Counted from the first letter of the stretch, positions 41,231-51,633 are shown. The stretch is 64,000 bases of DNA from Polyangiaceae bacterium (GCA_050287085.1 JBNKBE010000009.1:64001-128000), one strand, 5' to 3'. Made by a program: numbers and translations. Notes: generated by a model not told the origin, from the sequence alone.

Positions 41231-42153
41231 ATCGCGGCGTCTCCTTGGGTCAGTTTTGAGAAGACGTCCTCGAGCCGCGAACGATGTGGACGCGCCTCCA
41301 GCACACGCTGGCCCGCCTGCACGCATGCTTCGACCACCGCGCTGAGTGGCTCGTTTGCAAGCAGCGCGAGCTCCAGTTCCGTGCGACCGTCGCCGACGCG
41401 GCGGGCCAGAACCGAAGTCATGAGAGCTGCCGGAAGCGTGGCGTCTGTGCCCCCCAGCACAAGCACGGCGCGCCCCTCGGCTTCCTGATGGCCAAGCTCC
41501 TCCAGACGACCGTCGAGCACCACTCGACCGCGATGAATGACCAACACGCGATCACATACCATTTCGACTTCGCTGAGAATGTGCGTAGAGAGCAACACCG
41601 TCTGCCGCCCGCGAAGCTCACCAATGAGGGAGCGGACCTCGCGGATTTGATTGGGATCGAGCCCCGCAGTGGGCTCGTCGAGAATGACGAGCTTCGGCCG
41701 TCCCAGCAGGGCGTCAGCGAGCCCAACGCGCTGCCGAAACCCTTTTGATAGCTGGCCGATGATCGCGTGGGGGCGCTGGGCAAGCCCGGTTTCCTCGATC
41801 ACCCGAGCCACCTCCTTGCGCTGCTCCTCGCGGCCACGGACCTTGAGTCGAGCGCGGAACAACAAGTATTCGCTGACGCGCATCTCGCGATAGCTGCTCG
41901 GAGCCTCCGGCATGTAGCCGATCAACGACTGGGCCCGATGGCGCTCGCGCTGCACGTCGAAGCCGCCTACGCGCACCGAACCCAATGTCGGTTCCAGGAA
42001 CCCGGCCAAGATCCGCAAGGTCGTAGTCTTTCCCGCCCCATTGGGTCCAAGGAAACCCACGATGCCCCCCTCCGCCACGGAAAAGGAGAGGTCCCGAACG
42101 GCGTGATGGGCCCCAAAGGACTTGTGCAGATGCTCGGCTTCTACGATGGCCAC
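41227..42153 (-). CDS. ABC transporter ATP-binding protein, GldA-like
   Basis: GPNGAGKTT, LSKGFRQRVG, ILDEPTAGLDP, LSTH; the frame stays open upstream to 42564. Confidence 0.93.
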   Translation of the reverse strand: MAIVEAEHLHKSFGAHHAVRDLSFSVAEGGIVGFLGPNGAGKTTTLRILAGFLEPTLGSVRVGGFDVQRERHRAQSLIGYMPEAPSSYREMRVSEYLLFRARLKVRGREEQRKEVARVIEETGLAQRPHAIIGQLSKGFRQRVGLADALLGRPKLVILDEPTAGLDPNQIREVRSLIGELRGRQTVLLSTHILSEVEMVCDRVLVIHRGRVVLDGRLEELGHQEAEGRAVLVLGGTDATLPAALMTSVLARRVGDGRTELELALLANEPLSAVVEACVQAGQRVLEARPHRSRLEDVFSKLTQGDAAI

Positions 42154-42681
42154 GCGACTTGGGGGAAAATGCGCCCGACTCGGCGAATGATCAGAAGGGG
42201 AACCCACCGCGGCAGACCGCCCGGCGCTGGATGCTGGCGTCGCCGAGCGGAGTCTTGGCCTCGGCTTTGGGGGTCGTGCTCTTAGCACGGTCGCAGGCTC
42301 GTGCGGAACCACGGTACCGCGAAGCACTGCTGGCTTGGGGGTCGACCCCAGAACGGGCCCCGCTGGCTTGCGGGTCGGACGCGGCGCGGAAGAGCGCGAA
42401 ACGCGTCTGCTCTGGGGCGAGGCGACGTCAACTTGTCTTGAATATTTCGACTCTTGCCCTGAAGCCAACAGGCCCATAGCCAGCGCCGAGACCAGGGCAA
42501 GCGGGGGTTCGACGAGACGGTCGGGCTGCTCACGCTGCTGCCCCTCGCGGTTGCGGTCGCACAATCGCTGGATTCATGAGAGATTCCGCGCGCCCGTGGC
42601 CTGATGGGCCCAATAGTCCCGGTGAGCGGTGTCCTGCGGAAGACAGCGTCGGACAAAAGCCACGCCGGAAGGAATAGGTGA

Positions 42682-43542
42682 TTGATGATGAACCGTGTCT
42701 TGCTGCTCACTCTGGTGTTTTTGTTGGGGCTCACGTGGAGCTGCGGCCACTCCGAGGACGAATGGCAAGCGCAGTTGGCTCGCTACGCGGACCTTGAAGG
42801 GCAGCACGCAAGCGAACGACGCGAGCACGCGAAGACGGCAGACGAGCTCGAACTTGCCCGAAAGGTGGTAGTCGAGCTCAAGGCCCAGCTCGAGCGGATG
42901 GGAGTCAATGTCGACGAGTTGAACCGCCAGCTGCAAGAAGAAGGAACAGCCAAGGACCAAATGGCGGCTGATCTGGCGGAGATGCGCCTCGCTCTCGACG
43001 AGTACAAGAAGCGCGCCACCAAACTGGAACGCATCCGGCAACGCTTCGAGGTGCTGCGCGAAAAGCTGCAGAAGCTGACGCGCTTGGGGTTGAAAGTTGA
43101 AATACGTCACAACCGGATGGTTATCTCCCTGCCCGGAGACGTGTTGTTTGCCAGCGGCCAAGACGAGCTGCGCCAAGAGGGTATCGCCGTGCTTGCAAGC
43201 GTGGCGGAAGTCATCCGCGGCGATGAGCAACTGAGCCAACGCTACTTCCAGGTAGCGGGCCATACGGACAACAAGCCACTACGGGCGGGAACCCGCTTCC
43301 GAGACAATTGGGGGCTGTCTGCGATGCGCGGGCGCCAAGTGCTCGTCTACCTCATCTCAGCGGTCGATGAGCAAGCCGGTGGTGGGGGGCTGTCGGCAAC
43401 GCGGCTGCACGCCGCTGGCTACGGCGATACCGACCCCATTGCCACAAACGAGACCGCCGAAGGGCGACAGGCCAACCGCCGCGTCGAACTCGTACTGATG
43501 CCCGACGTCAGCGAAATGTTGGACTTGAAGTCCCTGATCTGA
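42682..43542 (+). CDS. Coiled-coil lipoprotein with OmpA/MotB peptidoglycan-binding domain
   Basis: Signal with TWSC, heptad region, DVLFASG, VAGHTDN, NWGLSAMR, GRQANRRVE. Confidence 0.9.
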   Translation: MMMNRVLLLTLVFLLGLTWSCGHSEDEWQAQLARYADLEGQHASERREHAKTADELELARKVVVELKAQLERMGVNVDELNRQLQEEGTAKDQMAADLAEMRLALDEYKKRATKLERIRQRFEVLREKLQKLTRLGLKVEIRHNRMVISLPGDVLFASGQDELRQEGIAVLASVAEVIRGDEQLSQRYFQVAGHTDNKPLRAGTRFRDNWGLSAMRGRQVLVYLISAVDEQAGGGGLSATRLHAAGYGDTDPIATNETAEGRQANRRVELVLMPDVSEMLDLKSLI

Positions 43543-43594
43543 ACAACTGAGCTTGTGGTGTACATCCGGCTTGAGGCCCCCAATCAGCACGAGG

Positions 43595-43621
43595 TGAAAC
43601 CTCTCCTTGGGGCGGCACGTA
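43595..43621 (+). promoter_or_regulatory. Candidate ECF-type promoter upstream of the ECF sigma gene
   Basis: TGAAACC-N16-CGTA, about 110 nt before GTG 43730. Confidence 0.5.
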
Positions 43622-43729
43622 GGCCTCCTGATGCTCACCATCAGCTGGTCCGAAGAATGGCCCGCCACCACGCCGCTGTGGGGGCAGGCGCCGGCGGAGT
43701 CCGCGGCAGGCGCGGGTAGAGGCTTGGGC

Positions 43730-44284
43730 GTGAGCAAAGCGACTGCAGAAGCACTGATGCTGGCCTACGCGGAAGGTGACCTGGCCGCTTTCGATGGTCT
43801 GTACGCCCTGACGTCACCGAAGCTATTTGGATTTCTGCTGCACCTGACCAAGAACCGGGAACGCGCTGAAGACCTGCTCCAGGTTACCTACAGCAAGATT
43901 CATCGCGCCCGCGGCACATACCTTCCTGACGCTCCTTTCATGCCATGGGCGATCGCCATTGCGCGCCGCTCCTTTTATGACGAGATCCGGGCGCGCAAAG
44001 CTCGCAAGGAGGAGCTCAGCTACGATGGCGCCCTCCCGGAACCGCCCCCCGAAGATTCAGAGCCCAGCCCGGTGTCCGACGCCCTAGAAGAGGCCATGAG
44101 TCAGCTCCCTGAAAACTACCGAGAAGCCATCGTGCTGACCAAGCTGACAGGGCTTTCGCTACAAGAAGCCGCAGCCGTCACCGGCGCCACCACAACGGCG
44201 ATGAAGCTGCGCGTACACCGAGGTTATCAAGCGCTGCGCGAACTCCTCGCGGCCGCCCTGACCCCCAAGGAGTCCGGACAATGA
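43730..44284 (+). CDS. ECF sigma-70 factor
   Basis: GDLAAFDGLY, AEDLLQ, PWAIAIAR, LPENYREAI, GLSLQEAA, KLRVHRG. Confidence 0.92.
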   Translation: MSKATAEALMLAYAEGDLAAFDGLYALTSPKLFGFLLHLTKNRERAEDLLQVTYSKIHRARGTYLPDAPFMPWAIAIARRSFYDEIRARKARKEELSYDGALPEPPPEDSEPSPVSDALEEAMSQLPENYREAIVLTKLTGLSLQEAAAVTGATTTAMKLRVHRGYQALRELLAAALTPKESGQ

Positions 44285-44985
44285 ACGCTTCGGGTGACGT
44301 CGACTTGGATGCCGAATTGAGCAACGCGCGCCTCCCACTGCAGACGCCTCCTCCTCCCGTATTGGATGCCCGGATACGGGCTGCGATTGCCGCGGACTTG
44401 AAGCCAAAACACGTGTTGTCGCGGCCCACGCGGATCGCGCTGGGGTTTGGTGCGGCGCTGTCGGTCATGGTTGTTGTGTGGTTGTTTCGCGGCGGTCAAA
44501 CGCTGCCTGCGGGGCAATGGCTCGCTTTGGTCTTCTGGGCGTCGATCGTGCTTGCCGCTTTGCTGCTCGGGCTGCCGAGGCGCAACGCAGGTCAAGCGCA
44601 GGCGATCAGTCGTTGGGCCGTGCTTCTGGTGCCGCTTGGCTTCTTCACCTACCTAGCGACGGTCAGCACCGGCTTTGACTCGCTTGCGAATGTTCTCTTC
44701 GGCGGCGACGCCGTGCCTCACGCAGCGCGCTGCGGTGTCGGGTCGACGGCCCTTGGAACGTTGGCTGCAGCCACGTTATTTGTGTTGTGGCGCCGAACGG
44801 ATCCGTTCCATCCGGCCCTCACGGGGGCACTTGCCGGCGTGTTGGGCGGCGTAGCGGGCGCCATCGCCATTGGGCTGGTCTGCCCCGGGCAAGAGGGTTT
44901 TCACCTCTGGCTGGGTCACGGGCTCGTGTTGCTGCTGCTGGGTGCACTAGGCGCACTGCTCGGCCGCCGACTGCTCGCTCCGTAG
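44281..44985 (+). CDS. NrsF/DUF1109-like membrane anti-sigma factor
   Basis: ATGA overlap with the ECF gene; polytopic; ARCG, GALAG, LVCP..HLWLGH, LGRRLL. Confidence 0.75.
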   Translation: MNASGDVDLDAELSNARLPLQTPPPPVLDARIRAAIAADLKPKHVLSRPTRIALGFGAALSVMVVVWLFRGGQTLPAGQWLALVFWASIVLAALLLGLPRRNAGQAQAISRWAVLLVPLGFFTYLATVSTGFDSLANVLFGGDAVPHAARCGVGSTALGTLAAATLFVLWRRTDPFHPALTGALAGVLGGVAGAIAIGLVCPGQEGFHLWLGHGLVLLLLGALGALLGRRLLAP

Positions 44986-44989
44986 GCAA

Positions 44990-46429
44990 TCACCGAGTCG
45001 CCGCCTGATGAACACACCCCCTAAGCGGGAGCCGATCGGCGCGGCGAGCGAGCGCGCGTAGGGATTGGTCCGAGCGTGGAACGCGCCAGGAAAGGGCGCG
45101 GCTGGGTTCCACCTCGAGAGCAGCAGCCTGTTGAGCCATAAGCGCGGAACGTGCAGACTCGGACTGCAGTGTGGCGACCAGAACCACTCGCCGCCCCGAC
45201 TGCTCGAGAGTCCACGCACCACGCGGAGCGCTCTCTGCCCGGCTTAACTCAACGAAACGGGCGGCGGCTGCGTCGCTGCGGAAAGCAAGATGCCACACAA
45301 TGGCGACGTCCGTCGAATCGTCCGCACTGAGCAGTAGCACTCGATCACCACGCCAATCCAAAGCCAAGTCCGGCTCAGTCTCTGGCTGCCCCAACGTGCG
45401 AACCAAAAAGGCGTGCAGCAGCCAAGCCCCTAAGACGTCATCGGCAACAACCGAAAAACCGTCCAGCGCCACCTCCGGAACGGCGATACGACCGTGGCTC
45501 GAAACCGCGTCTGCCCCATGGCGCCGGGCCATGTAGAGCTGCGTTGCAGGGGCGGGTCCGCTCCAAAACTCGTCAATCTCAGCTATCCCACCTTCGTCCC
45601 ATAGCTGTGCGAGAGCGAATCCCCCGTAAAGGTAGGGGAAGACGAAGTTGGAAGTCCAAACCGGTGAAGGCAAAGTCCGCAGACTGGAGTCCGCGTAGGC
45701 CGTCTGCTCCTCAAACTGCGACGCCCAACGGTGGTGATCGACTCCATTGATGGCGGCCGTGTGCATGGCTTCAAAGAGCATCGCCTCCCCCTCGATCAAA
45801 GAAGTGATGCCCAACGAGGCGTCCTGCCCGCGCCCTTTTTCACGACGCGTCTCCTGCAAATCGTGCGTCTCGTCTTGGATCGCGTGTACATACTCGTGAG
45901 CGAGCGTTGCAACCGCCAACTCCGAAGCGAAGTCATACTCCGGGCGCTCGACTATCACGATGCTCTTGGTATCGCTGGAATAGAATCCCAAGAGCCCGTC
46001 GATGAAGAGCTCTTTTTCATCCTGCATCAGAGGTGGCGAAGGTTCAGGCTCCCCTTCCGGATCGGGCTCTGCCCAATCGACCATGCCGATCAAGCTAAGA
46101 GCTCCCGCGACCCGCTCGAGTCTCTGCTCCGCGGGCGTTGGCTCATCACGGGTCTCGTCTTGCGAGGGTACGTCGAAGTACTCCGCAACCGCCGGCAGAG
46201 CCAAGCCCATGACATCCGGGCCTCGACTTTGCCCAGCCCCTGCCCGCAGACAACGCACTTCGTCGTAGATCGAGGATTGGCACTCAGGCTCGCGGATGTC
46301 ACAGAGCGCAAAGGCTAGGTCCTCACAGACAAGGGAGTTGTCAACTCCGTTACACCCCCACGCCGCGAGCGCGACGCAATACGATATCCGCCGCACAAGG
46401 CGAGCTCCAGGTCGTGGCCCAATACCCAT
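44990..46429 (-). CDS. Lipoprotein with HExxH zinc metallopeptidase motif
   Basis: Signal ending AWGC; LGFYS, TLAHEYVHAIQD, LIEGEAM, FPYLYG, WRGDR. Confidence 0.75.
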   Translation of the reverse strand: MGIGPRPGARLVRRISYCVALAAWGCNGVDNSLVCEDLAFALCDIREPECQSSIYDEVRCLRAGAGQSRGPDVMGLALPAVAEYFDVPSQDETRDEPTPAEQRLERVAGALSLIGMVDWAEPDPEGEPEPSPPLMQDEKELFIDGLLGFYSSDTKSIVIVERPEYDFASELAVATLAHEYVHAIQDETHDLQETRREKGRGQDASLGITSLIEGEAMLFEAMHTAAINGVDHHRWASQFEEQTAYADSSLRTLPSPVWTSNFVFPYLYGGFALAQLWDEGGIAEIDEFWSGPAPATQLYMARRHGADAVSSHGRIAVPEVALDGFSVVADDVLGAWLLHAFLVRTLGQPETEPDLALDWRGDRVLLLSADDSTDVAIVWHLAFRSDAAAARFVELSRAESAPRGAWTLEQSGRRVVLVATLQSESARSALMAQQAAALEVEPSRALSWRVPRSDQSLRALARRADRLPLRGCVHQAATR

Positions 46430-46575
46430 GGGCCTAGCCTAGATGAGAGTGAGACGATCTCGAACGCCCATTTGCCTCAACGCACACACTCCGGCAACTG
46501 GAACACGCTCCGCGACCCCGGTGGAACGTCCCACCGCAGCTGTGCGGCGCTCCCGGCAGCTCAAACTGTTCTGCC

Positions 46576-47349
46576 TCAACCTGTTTCGCGCCAGCCACAC
46601 CCGATCCTGACGCGGGGCGCGAAACCACTATCGCGCGAAGCGGGCGCTTCGCTGCCTTGCGAACTCGCCACTGCCGCCTCGGCTCGTACAGCGTCGGAGC
46701 GCGCAGGACCACCCACGTTGCCCACGGGGACCTCGATGGCCGGCTCTCCCGCTCCCGCCTCCGAGAGCATGAGGCGAACGCCCCTGAGGCGCAAACGAGA
46801 CGCCACCGTACCCGCGGCTTTGATAGCCAGGTGCCGCTGGGCGTAGCGACTGACCCAGATAACCTCTGTAATGGATCGTCCGGAACGCTGCATGCGCTCG
46901 CTCAGTCGCTCGGCCAAGGCGTCCAATGTCTCGTCCACACGACAAGCCAACACCAGCGTGTCCAAGCCCCCGGCGAGCTCCCGAGCCAATTGCCCCGGCC
47001 ATTGGCTTCCCGGCATGACAACAACGACCTTGGCGCGGTTGGGTGATTGGCGCTCGCGAATCTTCCGGGCCCCGGGCCGCTTGAGCTCTCCAACAAGGGG
47101 GGCGCCCCGCAAGGTACGCGGCGAACCAGCAATGGCCTCGATGACACGGGCCGCGGCGGGCCCGTTGCGCCTTGGCTCCCGGCTTGCGAGCGGTTGCGGC
47201 GCGTCCATTCGCAGACGGAATGCGCTTTCTTCATCTAGAAGCATCGACGCGTCGTCAAACGATGCCACATCCATGTCAGACGGCGCTTCCAACTCCGCCC
47301 ACTCCGAATCTGCTCTATCGGTCACGGCTTGGGTTCCCCTCGAAGGCAT
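46576..47349 (-). CDS. Hypothetical protein
   Basis: 257-aa ATG ORF with an alpha/beta-looking core (VVVVMPGSQWP..LVLA) and disordered ends. Confidence 0.6.
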   Translation of the reverse strand: MPSRGTQAVTDRADSEWAELEAPSDMDVASFDDASMLLDEESAFRLRMDAPQPLASREPRRNGPAAARVIEAIAGSPRTLRGAPLVGELKRPGARKIRERQSPNRAKVVVVMPGSQWPGQLARELAGGLDTLVLACRVDETLDALAERLSERMQRSGRSITEVIWVSRYAQRHLAIKAAGTVASRLRLRGVRLMLSEAGAGEPAIEVPVGNVGGPARSDAVRAEAAVASSQGSEAPASRDSGFAPRVRIGCGWRETG

Positions 47350-47410
47350 GAGTTTGGTCTGAACGCGATGGCATGGACGATGCTACAACCGAAGCGAGTG
47401 TGGCCCTGAT

Positions 47411-47485
47411 GGCTGAGGACAAGCTGACGGCTGAGGACAAGCTGACGGCTGAGGACAAGCTGACGGCTGAGGACAAGCTGACGGC
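47411..47485. repeat. 18-bp tandem repeat, four perfect copies
   Basis: (ggctgaggacaagctgac)x4 followed by ggc. Confidence 0.97.
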
Positions 47486-48067
47486 CCTGGACACCGCGGG
47501 GCGTCGACAAAGCCGTTGGCGGTCGTGGATACTTCTGGCCACTGGCTGCATCACCAAACCCTCCGCTTATCGGATCTATTCCGGGTTTTCTTTAGGTTGC
47601 TCGGCTCTATTCGCCGACTCGCTGACCTTTCTATATGACAGCCGCGCGGCCGATAAGAGCCCCAGCAAGGTTGTTGCGAACTTGCCACACGACCGTACCC
47701 CAGCGACCGTGACCACACCCATTCGAACCCTTCATCCACCTCCAACCCCCTCTTCCCTATCGCCTCGTGAGCAGATTCACGGCCGTGCATCCCCGGACGT
47801 CTGCCCGCCTCTGCTTCGCGCCAGCCTGGACGGCTGAAGCCCGCGGTCGTCCCCCGGATCCCCTCTCGAAGGAGAGCCTAGTTTGCATCCTCCAACCGCG
47901 CGCACAAGAGTCCAAAATGCAGGCCAACGTGATTTTCGAAGATGTGGCTACGAGCTTTCAACATTCAGCCATCACCGCATCTCCAGCAAAGCGTTCTTTT
48001 TGCAAGCACGGGCTCCAGCACCACTATGAATCGGATGACACTTTCTCCGGGTTACCTACATTTGTGC

Positions 48068-48772
48068 ATGGCTACCCGAGTACCGACGATCAGGCTGGTC
48101 ACGGCGCTGACGCTGGTGCTCGGCGGATGCCGGACTGAATCAAGCGATACGAAAGCGAGCGACGGCGGAGTCCAAACGCGCATTCCTTTCGACGCTGCGA
48201 CGGATAGCGGCCCCATCGATCGCCGCCCTGATGCCACCGCCCAGGACGCGGGGGCCAGAAGTGGCGAGGCAGACGCGAGCGGGCAAGCAGCATCCCCCGC
48301 TACCCGCCCTATGCTGCCTGCCGACTACACCTTGCCCAGCGCCACCGGCACCCTGGCGATCGAAATCGGCCTACCCGATAGCGAGGAACTCGACTTCGTC
48401 GCTTCGCCCCCCGGAAGCCACATCCCGATCGCGGGCTTAGGTCAAGCCGGTTTGACCGCACGCATAGCGCTTCGAATCGGAAGCGACGAACCCCTGCCCC
48501 CGGCTCGTATCCAAGTGCAGCTCACGAATCTAAACGACTTGGAGCGACGCCCCGGAATCAACAACAACGCCGAGCTCCTCCAGACGCTCGACTGTCGTAA
48601 CGACGGCTACTGTTATCCCGTGATCCAGCGGGTGGAGGTAAGCCATCTCAACTACTTGCCCGCGTTGGAAGGCACCGTGGTCGAAGTGTCCGTCACCGCC
48701 ACGTTGGACGGCGAAACAGAGCCTTCGGGCGCCAGTTTCAGCTGGGGCTACCTGGAAAGTGTCGATCGCTAG
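48068..48772 (+). CDS. Hypothetical lipoprotein
   Basis: Lipobox LGGC, DGG/DSG/DAG linker, beta-rich domain with a Cys pair. Confidence 0.7.
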   Translation: MATRVPTIRLVTALTLVLGGCRTESSDTKASDGGVQTRIPFDAATDSGPIDRRPDATAQDAGARSGEADASGQAASPATRPMLPADYTLPSATGTLAIEIGLPDSEELDFVASPPGSHIPIAGLGQAGLTARIALRIGSDEPLPPARIQVQLTNLNDLERRPGINNNAELLQTLDCRNDGYCYPVIQRVEVSHLNYLPALEGTVVEVSVTATLDGETEPSGASFSWGYLESVDR

Positions 48773-48788
48773 ATACCAGTGCTGACGT

Positions 48789-50180
48789 TCAATGCCAGAA
48801 ACCGATCCCAGCAGCCGTGTTGATATATCCGTAGGCGCGGTCCAGGGCGAGAGAACAGCGCCATCCAGTTCCGGATTCGAGCCAGCCAAAAGCGTCCCAC
48901 TGAAAGAGCTTGATGTCGGCCCCCCACGTAGCGTGCAGCCGCGGCGTTCGCTCCTGTCGCACTGCGGGTTCCAGATAGGCTCCCGTGCGCACACGAAGCC
49001 AGTCGGGCCAAAGCTCGCTCTCCATCGCGACGTGGGGTGAGAGCGCGGGCCGCGACGCGATCTCGGGCTCCCCTTGCGCCGGTCTGCTGGCGCCAGGGAG
49101 TCCCCCGCCATGAAGCGGTCCAATCAAGCGTAGCTCCGCCGAGAAGAGAACATATCGCCGCGGCATCGTGCGCAAACGGGTTAACAATATACGCCTCGCT
49201 TCGGCCTTCGCCGCGAGCCAGAGCGCCTCGTCTCGCAGGGACTGGGCCCGCAGTTGAGCACGCTGGTGGGAGGAGAGGCTCGCCGAGCGTTCCAACGCGC
49301 TTTGGCGTGCAAGAGCGCGCTGCTGTAGTTCGCTCCGCAGGGGCGCCAGGTAGTCTTCGACAGTCTGAGACCGGTGATTGAGGGGACGCGCGCCCGACTG
49401 GAAAGCGGCCCCCAAAGCCAACTCCCAAGGCAGCCTCAGCTGCTCGGAAAGCCACGGCTCATCGCGTTCGTAGGGCCTTTTGCGTTGCAGTTCACTACGG
49501 CCGACAAACGCGAAACGCAGGTTGCGACCGCGAGGTGCCCACAGCGCACCGAGTTCGTATCCCAACGTTGTAACGCTCGCTCGCGACGCGTTGCTGGGGC
49601 CGAAAGATACACCCCCGAGCCGAGGTCCACCCGCCAGAACTAGTTGTCCCTGCGCAAATCCGAAGCCAACCGCGGCATGGATCACCCCAAACCGGCCCGT
49701 GAAGGAAGTCGGTTCAAGCCCCGCATCAGGGGCGCCTTCGCGCAGCGCCTGCTGGTGCCCCTCGGCGACGAACCCGACGCCAGCGTGATCAAACTGTAGC
49801 GCCGCGGCGACGCTGCCCAAGCGCAAGGGGCTTTGCTTGAGAGCAGCTCCAGAACGGATGCCTTGCGCCGCGCCGAGGGAGGCATCAACCCCCACGTCCC
49901 AGCCCACGCTTTCTATGTCATGAGCCAAGCGAAGCGCCGCGGCCGCAGGGTTGGCCGCGATCCCGCGAGCCCCTTGCACCAAAGCCGAATAAGCGCCGCC
50001 AAGCCCGATTTGCCGGGCGTCGCCTACCACCGCCCCGCGGAAGTTGTCGTCAGCCGCCAGCACGCTCCCCGCGCGCGTCAGCCCAATACCCAGCGCGAGC
50101 CAGGCTAGCGTGGTACAAGCCGGCCGACGCGAGCGGACGATAGCGCCGCGATAACGGGTCCCCAATTCGACGCTGGACAC
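48789..50180 (-). CDS. Putative outer-membrane beta-barrel protein (FadL-like N-terminus)
   Basis: Signal peptide; ARQIGLGGAYSAL..NPAA; amphipathic strands; RVRTGAYLEP; ends GIGFWH. Confidence 0.65.
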   Translation of the reverse strand: MSSVELGTRYRGAIVRSRRPACTTLAWLALGIGLTRAGSVLAADDNFRGAVVGDARQIGLGGAYSALVQGARGIAANPAAAALRLAHDIESVGWDVGVDASLGAAQGIRSGAALKQSPLRLGSVAAALQFDHAGVGFVAEGHQQALREGAPDAGLEPTSFTGRFGVIHAAVGFGFAQGQLVLAGGPRLGGVSFGPSNASRASVTTLGYELGALWAPRGRNLRFAFVGRSELQRKRPYERDEPWLSEQLRLPWELALGAAFQSGARPLNHRSQTVEDYLAPLRSELQQRALARQSALERSASLSSHQRAQLRAQSLRDEALWLAAKAEARRILLTRLRTMPRRYVLFSAELRLIGPLHGGGLPGASRPAQGEPEIASRPALSPHVAMESELWPDWLRVRTGAYLEPAVRQERTPRLHATWGADIKLFQWDAFGWLESGTGWRCSLALDRAYGYINTAAGIGFWH

Positions 50181-50223
50181 GCGTCGGGCTATAGGGGAGA
50201 CCGGCGAAGGGCGGCAAATCTAG

Positions 50224-51369
50224 ATGACAGCAGGGCGGCCATTCGGAGTTCGAAACTCGGCGCACCTGGCCCGCTCATGGCAGCGGAGTCACAACACGAC
50301 GCGGCCCCGGCGGCTCGCGTCGTGCTGGGTGCTTGGCGGCGGACTCGGATTGGCCTTGAGCGCTACACTTGCATGCCACGAACGGGCTTTGCCATCGCGA
50401 AGAGCGGCTTCGGCAAGCCGCTCTTCGCACGTCACGAGCTGTTTGGAGGTTCTTGCTCAGCACCCCTCGTCCCCTCCAGAGACACCCCACCCGCAGCCTA
50501 CCCCCCACGCAGCACCGGAGCTGAAACTGGCGCGTGGCTTCATCGTCGACTCCAACGAGCGCAACGTGCAGCTCTCGGGTCTAACCTGGTACCAGGGTGA
50601 GCTGCTGACGGTCAGCGACAAACACGATGACCAGATCTGGGCGTTGCGCTGCCAATACGACCGTGCGTTGCTGGTTCCGTGGCGTCGATTCGAGCCACCC
50701 CCAAGCGACCGACTCCTGACAGGCGTTATCGGACTCGATCTGGAAGGCATCGCGGCGGACGCCCAAGGGACCCTATGGTTGGCAAGCGAAGCCGAAGGTC
50801 GCGTGCTCCGGCTTGACCGAAGGGGGCGTGCAGCCTGGTTCGGCCCCCCCCTCGCGAAGCTCGTAGCGGGACTGGATCTGCTTCAGCGGCCCAATGCCGG
50901 CGTGGAGGGAATTGTCGCTCTCGGTTCGGGTCGAATGCTGCTCGCTGCTGAACGACAAGGGCGAGGTCTGGTGGAAGTCTCCGCCACCAGCGCGCGGGGT
51001 CTGCGCCTCGCGCCCTCCATTGCGCCCCCTCACGGACGGAGCGCCGATCTGACGGGTCTAGCCGTGGACGGCAACCGGGTACTGGGACTGTACCGTGCCG
51101 CTCACGCCATAGTGGAACTGATGGATCTGGAGACGGAGGCGCCGTGGGAACGACTGGTCGCCACCTTTGCAACAAGCGAGCGCGCCTCGAGCTGGGCCTA
51201 TCGGGACCAGCGTTATGGTCTCGCCGAGGGGCTTGCACTCAGCGCCGACCACATTTGGATCGTCTTGGACAACAACGGCGATGGCCGCGTCGCGCACGAG
51301 CAAGACCGTCGCCCCACCCTCTTCGCTTTCGAGCGGCCTCCTCATCTGCGCGGCGCTGATGCCGAGTAG
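50224..51369 (+). CDS. Phytase-like/SdiA-regulated-type beta-propeller, probable lipoprotein
   Basis: TLAC; repeated LSGL, DLEGIA, NAGVEGI and AEGLA blades; VSD and LDNN. Confidence 0.7.
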   Translation: MTAGRPFGVRNSAHLARSWQRSHNTTRPRRLASCWVLGGGLGLALSATLACHERALPSRRAASASRSSHVTSCLEVLAQHPSSPPETPHPQPTPHAAPELKLARGFIVDSNERNVQLSGLTWYQGELLTVSDKHDDQIWALRCQYDRALLVPWRRFEPPPSDRLLTGVIGLDLEGIAADAQGTLWLASEAEGRVLRLDRRGRAAWFGPPLAKLVAGLDLLQRPNAGVEGIVALGSGRMLLAAERQGRGLVEVSATSARGLRLAPSIAPPHGRSADLTGLAVDGNRVLGLYRAAHAIVELMDLETEAPWERLVATFATSERASSWAYRDQRYGLAEGLALSADHIWIVLDNNGDGRVAHEQDRRPTLFAFERPPHLRGADAE

Positions 51370-51633
51370 CGGCTGGAGCAAGCAGCACACCATCCGGCCC
51401 CGTGCGCCAGCGCTCGTCGCCTAAGAGTCGCAATTTGCGCTGCACCGGTAGCGAGCCCTGAGTTGCGGTACACTGCAAACAGCATTATCGGTCGCAAACG
51501 CAGCGCCGATCTGGTGAGCACGGAGGCGAACACCTCGGCTTTGGCTTCGCCACACAAGCGCGATAATTAGGTGGCCGATGCGCCTGACAATGGCGTCTTT
51601 AGGGAGATGGCGTCACCCGTGTTTCCACTCATC

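Noticed and set aside
47373..47837. 154-aa ORF containing (AEDKLT)4
   Set aside because: Outside the repeat the sequence looks non-coding, and repeat-derived ORFs occur on both strands.
50266..50282. Sigma-54-like TGGC-N9-GC element
   Set aside because: It matches the consensus weakly and lies inside the probable coding region.
50844..50851. C8 homopolymer (also near 25898) as a phase-variation tract
   Set aside because: Short, in frame, and expected in GC-rich Pro codons.
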